Below are positions 10,545 to 20,862 of a stretch of DNA of 64,000 nt, piece by piece. The DNA is taken from NCBI GenBank assembly GCA_963733925.1, contig CAVTFL010000035.1, positions 142,684 through 206,683 on the forward strand, given 5' to 3'. Source of the stretch: an uncultured Alphaproteobacteria bacterium (GTDB taxonomy: Bacteria; Pseudomonadota; Alphaproteobacteria; Acetobacterales; Acetobacteraceae). Positions within the stretch are counted from its first letter, which is position 1, and each line of letters starts with the position of its first letter. A program made the position numbers and the translations under genes. The notes below the pieces were generated by a model that had not been told where the DNA came from, searched no databases, and saw only the letters and a program-made list of their open reading frames with translations.

Positions 10545-11135
10545 TTAAAGGCTTTTGTCTCTCGGGAAACTGTCTCTAACTGAAACCCAATGAGCTTTTA
10601 TGTATGAGCGGTCTTTGTGGAACTCGTTGGTTTGACATTTTAACCACAATCCTGTGACTACTAGCCAAGGTGCATTTAGGACTATGCTATTGTTGTGATA
10701 GTTTAGCGAAAGCAGAAAAATGGCGGACGACACCATAAATAAAGACCAGAATATTAAAGTCACTGGATCGAGAGACTCATCAGTCGCAACTTCCCTAAGC
10801 TTTGTTAGATGAATGTGCCACTCAGCGCCTCCGTATCTCTCTTCGTAGAAGACCATTATATAATAGCCAATACGATATACATCGTCTCGGTGGGACGCCA
10901 TCATTGCTAACCCAAATATTAGCACCGATTGTACTATTAGGAATACATAGCTATATACTATCGAATTGGCCTCAGGATGCTGAAATATAAACGCAGATGC
11001 GGTGGCTAGAAGGGCGGTAAACGCGGTTGTAGTAAACGTTAGAATCTGGTGCATTGCCTCTTCGCGCTTTCGAAGGTCTTCACGCATCTGCTTGAATTCT
11101 TCGAGGGCAAGTTTGTTAGTAAGGCTATCGGACAT
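10545..11135 (-). CDS. Hypothetical ~4-TM membrane protein, AT-rich
   Basis: 196-aa ORF, AGGAGA RBS, hydrophobic segments, composition unlike flanks. Confidence 0.75.
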   Translation of the reverse strand: MSDSLTNKLALEEFKQMREDLRKREEAMHQILTFTTTAFTALLATASAFIFQHPEANSIVYSYVFLIVQSVLIFGLAMMASHRDDVYRIGYYIMVFYEERYGGAEWHIHLTKLREVATDESLDPVTLIFWSLFMVSSAIFLLSLNYHNNSIVLNAPWLVVTGLWLKCQTNEFHKDRSYIKAHWVSVRDSFPRDKSL

Positions 11136-11370
11136 GCGCGCTTTCTCCTGTCTCCGGCATACCCTCTGAGGCTCCCGCTAAGATAGCAATGGCCGCCATC
11201 AATGCCTCACGACAGATGGCATCCCGTGTCTCCATTGCGAGGGTGCTATCTCGCATGGAGGGTAACAACGATTGATAAATCCGCCCTATGCTCGTTGTAT
11301 CGTAGATTGCAAAACTTAAGACTTTCCGTAATCGTTTTGATCCAGCGTCTTTAGTGACGTACAATTCCAT
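11125..11370 (-). CDS. Hypothetical small protein or remnant
   Basis: 81-aa ORF overlapping the next start, within the AT-rich patch. Confidence 0.35.
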   Translation of the reverse strand: MELYVTKDAGSKRLRKVLSFAIYDTTSIGRIYQSLLPSMRDSTLAMETRDAICREALMAAIAILAGASEGMPETGESAHVR

Positions 11371-11719
11371 AAGATATGATCGAAACCAAGCCGCAGAACT
11401 GACCCTTTGGGATACGCCCGAGTCTCGACCTTTGGCCAGACGCTTGCGATCCGCCCGAGGACAGGCGCGAACGCGGCTGCGGCATGTGGATGGATCGTAG
11501 GCTAACCCGGGACGTCTCAGCGAAGACAGCCGTCAGCGCCGCGATAAGGGCGACGCTTGAAGTCCCCACAGGAGGCGCGCGTTTTCCGGGCACCCAACTC
11601 GCCGGCGCCCGCACCGGGAACCGCAGCAGCCTGCCCGGGTTCGATCGGTGCGACATAGGCGTTTTGCTTCCTCAGCTGGTTTGGCACAGAAGTCATGGCG
11701 GCATTGAAGGGATGAGCCG

Positions 11720-12749
11720 ATGGAAGAAGACTCGGATTTGAGGTGCCTGCTCGGCGTCCTGAGCACACTCGGCGCGATTTCCCGCGCGATGCACCCCGGG
11801 AGGTTGAAGGCCCTGATCGAGACACTCGGCGAGCAGGACGCACGATTGACCGTCGATGCAGCGCGATCTGAGGGACAGGTCGCGCTGGCCGCCAGTTTGG
11901 CGGTACAGGCCTGTGCCGGTTTGCGTGCCGCGCCACAGGCCGACAACCCGATGATGCAGGCCTATCGGGCCATGCGCCAGTACAGCCGGTCATTGGAGGT
12001 GCTCGCAGCCCTCGCCGAGACCGTGCCGGCGGTTGGTCGTTACTTTCTAGAACCGTCACGACGGAACGACCCGACGCTGATGCGAAGGCTGGCTCAACCG
12101 CCACATCCCGAACTCTGGCGCCTTCCATTTCGACAACCAGACCGATCAGCGCGGCGGATATTCGGTGTATGTCCCACCGTGGTACGATCCATCCAAGCCC
12201 ACGCCGCTGATTGTGGCGCTGCACGGCGGTTCCGGTCACGGGCGCCTGTTCCTGTGGAACTGGCTGCCGGAGGCCAGGTCGCGATGCCTTATCGTTGTCG
12301 CGCCCACCGCGATCGGCAGCACCTGGTCTTTGATGGAACCCGAAATCGACAGTCAGAACCTGCGGGACAATCCTGACGCGCGTGCGCGCCCGGTGGAACA
12401 TCGATCGCCGCCCACATGCTGCTGACGGGTATGAGCGACGGCGGCACATTCACGCTGTTGAGCGGGCTCGCGGACGACTCCCCCTTCACCCATCTGGCGC
12501 CGGTAGCGGCCTCGTTTCATCCGTTCCTTCTGGCGATGACCAGTCCCGACCGACTGACCAGGCTGCCAGTGCATCTAACTCACGGTGCTCAGGACTGGAT
12601 GTTTCCGGTGAGCATGGCCCGCACCGCTCACCGCACGCTGGCCGCGGCCGGCGCTCGCGGTGGTCTATCGGGAGATCACCGATCTGTCGCATGCCTATCC
12701 GCGCGACGGCCAGAGCGAAGTGCTGGACTGGTGGTTGGGTGATCGGTAA
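11720..12749 (+). CDS. Phospholipase/carboxylesterase (alpha/beta hydrolase), several frameshifts
   Basis: Pieces: LIVALHGGSGHG, LLTGMSDGG (GxSxG), LTHGAQDWMF, SHAYPR. Confidence 0.8.
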
Positions 12750-12757
12750 CGGGGCGG

Positions 12758-14849
12758 CTATCCGACCTCGATCACCGCGTCGACCGCGAATGCGCCCTCT
12801 CCCTCCGGCATCGCGAACACCGGATTCAGATCGATCGACTTCAGGCGATCGCCCGCCGCCACCGCGAACGCCGACAGCCGCGAAAGCATCTCGGCCAGCG
12901 CTGCTATGTCTGCCTTCTTCCGTCCGCGCGCTCCGAGCAACAGGGGTGCGCCCTTGATCGAGCGGATCATCGCCTCCGCCGTATCGGCTCCAAACGGACA
13001 GCGGTGGAAAACGACGTCCTTCAGTACCTCGACGAAGATTCCGCCCAGGCCGAACATCGCCATTGGGCCGAACACCGGGTCGCGGTGTATGCCCAGGATG
13101 CACTCCGCCCCGCCTTTCAGTTGTTTTGCGACCAGGACGCCCTCGAGGCGGGCATTCGGTGCCGCCGTTTTGGCGCGTTCCAACAGCAACAGAAACCCCG
13201 AACGAACCGCCTCCGGATCGACAACATCAAGCAGCACGCCGCCGATTTCAGATTTGTGCATGATATCCGGCGAGAGAATTTTCATCACCACCGGGAAACC
13301 AAATCGTTGCGCCGCTGCCACCGCCTCATTCGCCGTTGCACAAGCGGCTTCCGGGGCGGACGTGATTCCGGCTGTCGCCAGCAGACGTTTTGCCTCCGCT
13401 TCCGACGGGGTTGTCGCGGGCAGCGTCACGGGCGGAACAGCTGGTGCGGGACCAGCCGCCTTTGCCGCGAACGCCGCCCCGAAGCGACCCATCGCGTCGA
13501 TGGCAGTCACGGCGCGAGTGGGGTCTTCATGTACCACCCACCCGTCAGCCTCCAGTTCATCGCGTCGCTCCGGCGAAACGATGACCGAAAGCACATACAG
13601 CCGGTCGGGGTTTTCAGACTTCACCGCATTTAATTGGTCGCGCATCGCCGGCCAGCGCCGCGCCGACGCCGTCATGCTGAAGAACCCCAGCACCGAGGCG
13701 TATCCGCCGTCGCGCACCATGGACTCCGTAAAGGTCTTGACCAGTGTCACGTCATTCGACACTTGCGCGGTTGCATCCACCGGGTTGCGCGGCGCACAGA
13801 AGGGCACCAGTGCACGCAACTTCTGTTGCGCCGGTATCGGCATTTCCGGCATGGCCAGCCCGAGACTTTCCGCAACATCGCTGATCAAGACGCCGGCGCC
13901 GCCGGAAACCGTGATCACACCAAGGGTATTCCTCGCCGGATAGATCTTGCGCGTCGCGGTATGAGCGATATCCAGCATTTCCTCGCTGTTACGTGCACGG
14001 AACACTCCGAACTCGCGCATAACCGACTCGGTCACCGCGTCATCCCCGGCGATCGATGCCGTGTGGGACTTCGCCGCCTCGCCACCGAGTTCGCTGCGGC
14101 CGACTTTCTGCATGACGATTGGCTTTTTCGCGGCGCGCGCCGTTTCCAGTGCCGCGATCAGCCCGGGAGCCTCGCGAATTCCCTCGGCATACACGGCGAT
14201 GACATCAACGTCGGGGTTCTCTGCCAGCCAGCCAATGCATTCGCCGACAGTCACGTCCGCCTCGTTGCCGGTCATCACGCAAAGCGACGCGCCGATGCCG
14301 CGGTTGCGCGCAATGGTATAAAGATGCGTGCCATAAGCGCCGGACTGGCTGGCGATCCCGATCCGCCCCGGCACCGGCCATCCGCTGTCGAACGACGACG
14401 AGAACGTTGCGTAATAGGATCGGCGCGGCATCAAACACGCCCAAGCAGTTGGGTCCGAGAATGCGCATTCCGGCGGCGCGGGCCGTGGCGACCATCTCCG
14501 CCTGCTTAACCGCGCCTTCGTCGTCCATCTCGGCAAATCCGGCAGTGAACATTATCACGCCTTTGACGCCGCGCGTGGCCAGATCCTCGATCGCCGGTGC
14601 CGCGAGGTCCGCCGGCACAGCGACGATCGCCACATCCGGTGTTTCCGGCAAATCCGCCACCGAGGGATACGCCTTCAGTCCTTGGATCTCCGCTCGGTTT
14701 GGATTGACGGGATACAGCCGGCCCTGAAAACCCTGGGCTTGCATATACGCAATTGGGCGGCCGCCGATCCGCGTCGGGTCGGAGGATGCGCCGAGGACGG
14801 CAACAGAGCGGGGCGCCAGAAGCGGCGTCAGGCCAGCGAAACGAGACAT
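12758..14849 (-). CDS. ADP-forming acyl-CoA synthetase (acetate-CoA ligase family), frameshift near 14420
   Basis: PRSVAVLGASSD, GPNCLG, SQSGA, SHTASIAG, HKSEIGGV ATP-grasp, IDLNP. Confidence 0.9.
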
Positions 14850-14996
14850 GATGATGGACGGTTCCCAGTTGGTGGCGCGGCAATCCAGCGGCCGCACCGG
14901 TTATCCTGGACCGGGTGTCATCGTATCGCAACCGTGTCCCGCCGCCGCAGGCAACCGCCATCGGCTTTGGTTCGCGCTCGACTGCCGGCGTCCATT

Positions 14997-15488
14997 TTAC
15001 CCGCCCCGCTGCAACACCAACAAATCCAGAGGTGCCGGTTCCCGGATCCCCGCGATCGTCAGCCCCGCATGCACCTGCCCCCGATGATGCGCCTGATGGT
15101 TGAAGAAATGGGTCAGCGCCGGCGCCAACGACTGCTGAAACGTTTTGCCGGTGGAATTCTGATACGAGATCACCCGGTCATACGCCTCCAACCCAGTCAC
15201 AAAGTCGACAATCCGATCATCCTGGTGCTCCCGAGCCGCCCGGAGATCGGAAAAATCCTCATGCAGGATCTGGTTCAGTCGCTCCGGTTGGGGGCCCTCG
15301 CCGGTAAACCGCCGCATCCAGATATAATCCGCCACCAGCAGATGGTTCAGCGTTCCGTGCACGCTGCCAAAGAACAGCCCGACCGGCCGCTTCCGGACCT
15401 CATCCGGCAGCGAGGCCGCATCGGCGTAGATCCGCCGGTTTGCCCAGCGGTTATAGGCCGCGAGTTGGTCGAAATGTGCTTTCAGCAT
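14997..15488 (-). CDS. DinB-family protein
   Basis: YNRWAN, FFGSVHGTLNHLLVAD, HFFNHQAHHRGQ. Confidence 0.92.
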   Translation of the reverse strand: MLKAHFDQLAAYNRWANRRIYADAASLPDEVRKRPVGLFFGSVHGTLNHLLVADYIWMRRFTGEGPQPERLNQILHEDFSDLRAAREHQDDRIVDFVTGLEAYDRVISYQNSTGKTFQQSLAPALTHFFNHQAHHRGQVHAGLTIAGIREPAPLDLLVLQRGG

Positions 15489-15648
15489 CGGCTTCTTTCC
15501 TCCTACCGCGAGGGTGTTCGCCTGCCACGATCGGAGGGCGCCTGTGGCCTCGAAGGCCCTGGACGACAGCGTTCGACGCGATGGCTGACCGTTCCTTTCT
15601 CATATAAGCGCTCCACTCGGGCTGGAAACGCTCTAGTCTTAATTTCAC

Positions 15649-15701
15649 GAGCAATTTCATCAGCCTGAAGGCGCTTCGCGCTAGTCAGGCTGATATTGCT
15701 C
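15649..15701. repeat. Intergenic palindromic element
   Basis: Arms GAGCAAT-ttc-ATCAGCCTGA (15649-15668) and TCAGGCTGAT-ATTGCTC (15685-15701). Confidence 0.6.
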
Positions 15702-15754
15702 TAATTCTGGCGCAACCGCTCGCGAACCGGTAGTGAGAAGATGCACCCATCAGC

Positions 15755-16644
15755 ATGAGGAAATCTCATCTCTCGCCCCTCCCTCCGCGCCCTGCGGGCG
15801 TTCGCCGAGACCGCCCGAGCCGGAAGCCTGGCGGCGGCCTCACGCGTCCTCAACGTGACGCCGTCCGCGATCTCCCACCTGTTGAGAGAACTCGAGCAAT
15901 CTCTCGCTCTGACCTTGTTCGTGACGCGCGGCCCGAACGCCCGCCTCACCGAAATCGGGGAGCACCTCGGACGTCGTCTAATCGCCGGCTTCGACGCTAT
16001 CGACGCTGCGATCAACGAGGCGCGGCACCGAGCGGGCGATGTCCGCGTCTCCGCCCTGTCCAGTTTTCTCACCCTCTGGCTGGTTCCCCGACTGACTGGC
16101 TTCCAGGCGCGCCACGCCGATATCCGCCTGCTGTTCAGCACCGGGATCCGCCCCGTGGACCTGTTGGCCGAACCGTTCGAGTGTGCCATCCGCTGGGGTC
16201 GCGGCGCTTGGCCGAACCTGGACGCCACGCTGCTATTCCGAGACGACCCGGTCGTTGTGACGAATCCCCGGCTGATCAGGCGCAAAATCGCGTTCCTCGC
16301 CTCGCTGCTCGAACCCGTCCGGATGACTGGCGATTGGTCGCCTCCGCCCTCGGCTGGCCGGATGCGTCCCCTACCCTGACGTTCGAAACGCGAGCCCTGG
16401 CGGTCCAGGCGGCGACCGCGGGCATGGGAGCTGCCGTGGTGGACCGCAATCTCGTCCGAGACATGCTTTCCAGTGGGATACTGGCCGAAATTGCTCCCGA
16501 CCCGCCGGTCCCCGCTGAGGAGGGCCACTGGTTCGTCGCCCTGCCAGATCGTCTCGCATTCGCCAGGTTCAGCAATTCCGCGACTGGCTGGTCAGCGAGG
16601 CATCCGCCGCCCAAACGCCCTCTTGGCAACACCGCTCCAATTAG
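15755..16644 (+). CDS. LysR-family regulator (GcvA-like), frameshifted
   Basis: PSLRALRAF, LNVTPSAISHLLRELE, WLVPRL...F; C-terminal FRDWL. Confidence 0.82.
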
Positions 16645-16661
16645 CCTTAGTTCGTGCCTGC

Positions 16662-17633
16662 ATGTTCGAAATCATCGGCGCACGTCTCCTCCAGGCGATC
16701 CCCGTCCTTCTTGTCGTCGGCTTCATCGCCTTCGCCCTGTTCGACTTCGTCGGCGATCCGGTCAATATCCTGCTCGGTCAGGACCACACCGAGGCGCAAC
16801 GGATCGCGCTCGTGCAGCAGCTTGGTCTCGATCAGCCATTCTTCGTGCAATACGCCCGCTTCCTGTGGATCGCGCTGCACGGCGACTTCGGAATCAGCTA
16901 CCGGTTAGCACAGCCGGTCGGCAGCCTGATCGCCGACCGGCTGCCGGCGACACTTGAACTGGCCGTCACCGCGTCGGTACTTGCTTTCGCGATCGGCGTT
17001 CCGATGGGGGTTTATACCGGTATCCACCGATCCAGCCTGTTGTCGCGCGTGTTCATGATCGTCAGCCTCGTCGGCGTTTCGCTGCCAACTTTTTTGCTCG
17101 GTATCCTGCTGATCCTGGTCTTCTCCGTCGCACTGGGTTGGCTGCCGAGCTTCGGCCGTGGGCCCGTCGTGCACGTCGGAAACTGGTGGACCACCGGTTT
17201 CACATCCTGGGCCGGGGTTCGCGCACTGATCCTCCCGGCGACGACGCTGGGTCTGTTCCAGATGACCCTGATCATGCGCCTGGTACGGGCCGAGATGCTG
17301 GAGGTCCTGCGCACAGACTACATCAGGTTCGCCCGCGCCCGCGGCCTGACGAACCGGAGCATCAATTTTGGTCACGCGCTGAAGAACACGCTTGTTCCGG
17401 TCATCACGGTCATCGGCTTGCAGTTCGGCGGCCTCGTCGCGTTCTCCCTGGTGACGGAAACCGTGTTCCAGTGGCCAGGGGTGGGTCTGCTGCTGGTGCA
17501 ATCCGTCGCAGTCGCGGACATCCCGGTAATGTCCGCCTATCTGCTGCTGATCTCCCTGGTCTTCGTGCTGATAAACCTGGTGGTTGATCTGCTCTATTAC
17601 TTCGTCGATCCCCGACTGAGGCAACGACGCTGA
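16662..17633 (+). CDS. Dipeptide/oligopeptide ABC permease (DppB-like)
   Basis: GDFGISY, RLPATLEL, DYIRFARARGL, ETVFQWPGVG, DPR. Confidence 0.92.
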   Translation: MFEIIGARLLQAIPVLLVVGFIAFALFDFVGDPVNILLGQDHTEAQRIALVQQLGLDQPFFVQYARFLWIALHGDFGISYRLAQPVGSLIADRLPATLELAVTASVLAFAIGVPMGVYTGIHRSSLLSRVFMIVSLVGVSLPTFLLGILLILVFSVALGWLPSFGRGPVVHVGNWWTTGFTSWAGVRALILPATTLGLFQMTLIMRLVRAEMLEVLRTDYIRFARARGLTNRSINFGHALKNTLVPVITVIGLQFGGLVAFSLVTETVFQWPGVGLLLVQSVAVADIPVMSAYLLLISLVFVLINLVVDLLYYFVDPRLRQRR

Positions 17634-18538
17634 TGTTCGCCGGTGCCTGGAACAGCGACTTCGCGTATAGTTTCCGCCGGTCGCCGGTCGCGGTGGTGTC
17701 CGCCGCTGTCGCCCTGATCCTGGTTGTCGCCGCGGCCTTCGCGCCGTGGATCGCCCCGCACGACCCGATGGATGTCGCCTCTTTATCGCTGCTGGACAGC
17801 TTCAAACCACCGATCGGGCTGCCGGACGCCGACTGGTCCAACCCGCTGGGCACTGACAACCAGGGCCGAGACGTTCTTTCCGCCATCATGTATGGCATGC
17901 GCATCAGCTTGCTGGTCGGCATCCTGTCGGTCCTGTTTGCCATCGTGATCGGCGTCGCCCTGGGCCTCGTTGCCGGATACGCAGGCGGGGTCATCGACGC
18001 CGTCCTGATGCGTGTCGCGGACGTGCAACTGACCTTTCCGTCCATCCTGACCGCCCTGCTGGTCGACGGCGTGATCAGCGCCGCGCTGCCACGCACCATG
18101 CGGGATTCGTTGCAAATCGACGTCATCATCTTTGCCATCGGCATCAGTCTGTGGCCGAACTTCGCCCGAACCGTCCGCGGTTCTACATTAGTTGAACGTA
18201 ACAAGGACTACGTCCTGGCCGCTCGGGTGATCGGAGTCCCCGCGTGGCGCATCATGGTCAGCCACGTCCTGCCGAACGTCATCGGCCCCGTCATGGTGAT
18301 CGGCACGCTCGGCCTTGGAATGGCTATCATTGCAGAGGCCACCTTGTCCTTTCTCGGTGTCGGTTTGCCGCCGACCGAGCCGTCGCTCGGCACACTGATC
18401 CGATTAGGCAACGACTTTCTCTTCTCCGGGCATTGGTGGGTGACCGTTTTTCCCGGCCTGGCCTTGATCTTGATGGTGCTGGCAACCAATCTGCTCGGGG
18501 ACTGGCTGCGCGACGCGCTAAATCCAAGGCTGCGCTGA
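17633..18538 (+). CDS. ABC permease (DppC-like)
   Basis: LGTDNQGRDVLS, HVLPN, EATLSFLGVG, LGDWLRDALNPR. Confidence 0.92.
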   Translation: MFAGAWNSDFAYSFRRSPVAVVSAAVALILVVAAAFAPWIAPHDPMDVASLSLLDSFKPPIGLPDADWSNPLGTDNQGRDVLSAIMYGMRISLLVGILSVLFAIVIGVALGLVAGYAGGVIDAVLMRVADVQLTFPSILTALLVDGVISAALPRTMRDSLQIDVIIFAIGISLWPNFARTVRGSTLVERNKDYVLAARVIGVPAWRIMVSHVLPNVIGPVMVIGTLGLGMAIIAEATLSFLGVGLPPTEPSLGTLIRLGNDFLFSGHWWVTVFPGLALILMVLATNLLGDWLRDALNPRLR

Positions 18539-19500
18539 TGTCGCTGCTGGACGTCCGGGACCTGATCGTGGAGTTCCCCACGCGCAGGGGTGTATTGCGA
18601 GCCCTGGACCGGATATCGTTCAGTATCGAAAGCGGCGAAATACTTGGCGTGGTCGGCGAATCAGGCGCCGGCAAGTCGCTGACCGGCGCAGCCATTGTCG
18701 GGCTTCTGGAACGCCCAGGTCGCATCGCAGGCGGCGAAATCAGGCTGGACGGACAGCGCATCGACAACCTGCCGCCAGAGCCGTTACGAAGAATCCGGGG
18801 CCGCCGCATCGGCACTATCTTCCAGGACCCGCTTACCACGCTGAACCCGCTCTACACGATCAGCCGTCAGTTGACCGAGACGATGCAGACGCACCTGCGC
18901 CTGTCCGACGCCGAGGCGCGGCGGAAGGCAATCGGCTGGCTCGACCGCGTCGGCATCCCGGCCGCCGCCCACCGCATCGACGCCTATCCGCACGAGTTCT
19001 CCGGCGGCCAGCGGCAACGCGTGGTCATCGCGCTCGCGTTGTGCGCCGAGCCGGCATTGGTCATCGCCGACGAACCAACGACCGCGTTGGACGTCTCCAT
19101 CCAGGCACAGATCATTACGTTGCTGAAGGACCTGACGCGGGATCACGGCACCGCCGTCATGTTGATCACCCACGACATGGGCGTTGTCGCCGAGACGGCC
19201 GACCGTGTCGCCGTCATGTATGCCGGCCGCATCGTGGAGATCGGCCCCACTGCCGCGGTCATCCGCCGGCCGGCGCACCCGTACACTGACGGCCTGATGG
19301 CCAGTATTCCGGCACTGGAGCACCGCGTGGACCGTCTGCGGCAGATCGACGGTGCGATGCCTCGGTTGGAGTCCATCCCGTCCGGTTGCCGATTTCATCC
19401 GCGCTGCCCACACGTCTTCGGCCGGTGCACGGAACAACAGCCGGACCTGCTGGAAGCAGGGGCGACCCGGGCCGCGTGCTGGTTGCATGACCATGGTTGA
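18538..19500 (+). CDS. ABC ATP-binding protein (DppD-like)
   Basis: GESGAGKS, YPHEFSGGQRQR, ADEPTTALD, GCRFHPRC. Confidence 0.92.
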   Translation: MSLLDVRDLIVEFPTRRGVLRALDRISFSIESGEILGVVGESGAGKSLTGAAIVGLLERPGRIAGGEIRLDGQRIDNLPPEPLRRIRGRRIGTIFQDPLTTLNPLYTISRQLTETMQTHLRLSDAEARRKAIGWLDRVGIPAAAHRIDAYPHEFSGGQRQRVVIALALCAEPALVIADEPTTALDVSIQAQIITLLKDLTRDHGTAVMLITHDMGVVAETADRVAVMYAGRIVEIGPTAAVIRRPAHPYTDGLMASIPALEHRVDRLRQIDGAMPRLESIPSGCRFHPRCPHVFGRCTEQQPDLLEAGATRAACWLHDHG

Positions 19501-20485
19501 GCCGAAGACACTGGAGCTGGTTGCGGTCTCGCATTCCTTCGATGTCTCCCGTCCTTTCCTGCAACGCGTCTTTACCCGCGAGCCGCGGCGGTTGTTGCGC
19601 GCCGTGGATGATGTGTCTTTCGCAATTTCGTCAGGCACCACGTTCGCGCTGGTCGGCAAATCGGGCTGCGGGAAATCCACCATCGCTCGTCTGGCCGTCG
19701 GCCTGTACGAACCCAGCGATGGCGACATTGTGTTCGAGGGCCGCCCGTTGTCGTCAGCACGCGCACAGCCGGCACTGCGTCGACGGATGAACATGATTTT
19801 CCAGGATCCATATGCGTCGCTGAACCCGCGCTGGCGTGTGCGGGATATCGTCGCCGAACCGATCCGCGCCTTCCGCCTGGCCACTCGCCCGAACGAGGTC
19901 CAGAACCGGGTCGGATCGTTACTTTCCCAGGTCGGGCTGACGGTCCGCGACAGCGAGAAATATCCACACGAGTTTTCGGGCGGCCAGCGCCAGCGGATCT
20001 CCATCGCCCGCGCTTTGGCAAGCGAACCCGATTTCCTGGTCTGCGACGAGCCGACAAGCGCACTCGACGTTTCTGTCCAGGCACAAATCCTGAACCTTAT
20101 GCGCGATCTTCAGGGTCGTCTCGGCCTGACGTATTTGTTTATCAGCCACAATCTGGCCGTCGTGCGGCACATGGCCGACCGGCTCGGCGTGATGTACCTC
20201 GGCCGCATCGTCGAACAAGGGCCGGCGGAAAGCATCTTCGGCAAACCGCGCCATCCCTACACTCGCTTGCTCCTCGATGCGATCCCAGACCTCGAGCAGG
20301 TTGGTCGCGCCCGGAGACCGGTCGAGGGAGAACTGCCGAGCCCGATCGCGCCTCCGTCCGGTTGCGCATTTCATCCCCGCTGCCCACTTGCCAGCGAGCG
20401 ATGCCGTGTGGAGAAACCTGTGCATACGTTGGTGGGCGACGTCGACGTCGCCTGCCACGCGGTCGAAGAAGGACGAGATGGCTGA
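19487..20485 (+). CDS. ABC ATP-binding protein (DppF-like)
   Basis: GKSGCGKST, FQDPYASLNPR, CDEPTSALD, GCAFHPRC. Confidence 0.92.
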   Translation: MTMVEPKTLELVAVSHSFDVSRPFLQRVFTREPRRLLRAVDDVSFAISSGTTFALVGKSGCGKSTIARLAVGLYEPSDGDIVFEGRPLSSARAQPALRRRMNMIFQDPYASLNPRWRVRDIVAEPIRAFRLATRPNEVQNRVGSLLSQVGLTVRDSEKYPHEFSGGQRQRISIARALASEPDFLVCDEPTSALDVSVQAQILNLMRDLQGRLGLTYLFISHNLAVVRHMADRLGVMYLGRIVEQGPAESIFGKPRHPYTRLLLDAIPDLEQVGRARRPVEGELPSPIAPPSGCAFHPRCPLASERCRVEKPVHTLVGDVDVACHAVEEGRDG

Positions 20486-20666
20486 CGACGAACCGACAGA
20501 CGGCCCAAAGGGAGGTCCACTGCGCGCGGTGGTTGGGCTGGGATTGGTCGTGGTGCTGGTCCTGGGCATACTGTTCGTGATGCAGCAATTGCGGCACGCA
20601 GCGGCGGTCCAGGACTGTATCGCCTCAGGCCGGACGAACTGCGCGCCGATCACATCGGACCGGTAA
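20478..20666 (+). CDS. Small single-TM protein with C-terminal QDCIASGRTNC
   Basis: 62 aa, AAGGA RBS, one hydrophobic helix, Cys pair. Confidence 0.7.
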   Translation: MADDEPTDGPKGGPLRAVVGLGLVVVLVLGILFVMQQLRHAAAVQDCIASGRTNCAPITSDR

Positions 20667-20862
20667 GCGGGGCGAGCCGCACCATCGATCCGGCATCAAT
20701 TCATCCCAGATGTTCCGACGTCGCTATTGCTCATCCCCCAGCGCGGAGCGTGTTCGCCGGCGCCTCTACCCGGATGGGGGCTGATGGCCGGCGGCCGCCG
20801 CAGATTTGTAAAACGATGCATCGGTGTGCTTCGTTTCCTTTGGTTCAGAGGGAAGGCTGAGG

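Noticed and set aside
11351-11700. ORFs 11351..11656 and overlapping frames as a gene or transposase remnant
   Set aside because: No recognisable motifs
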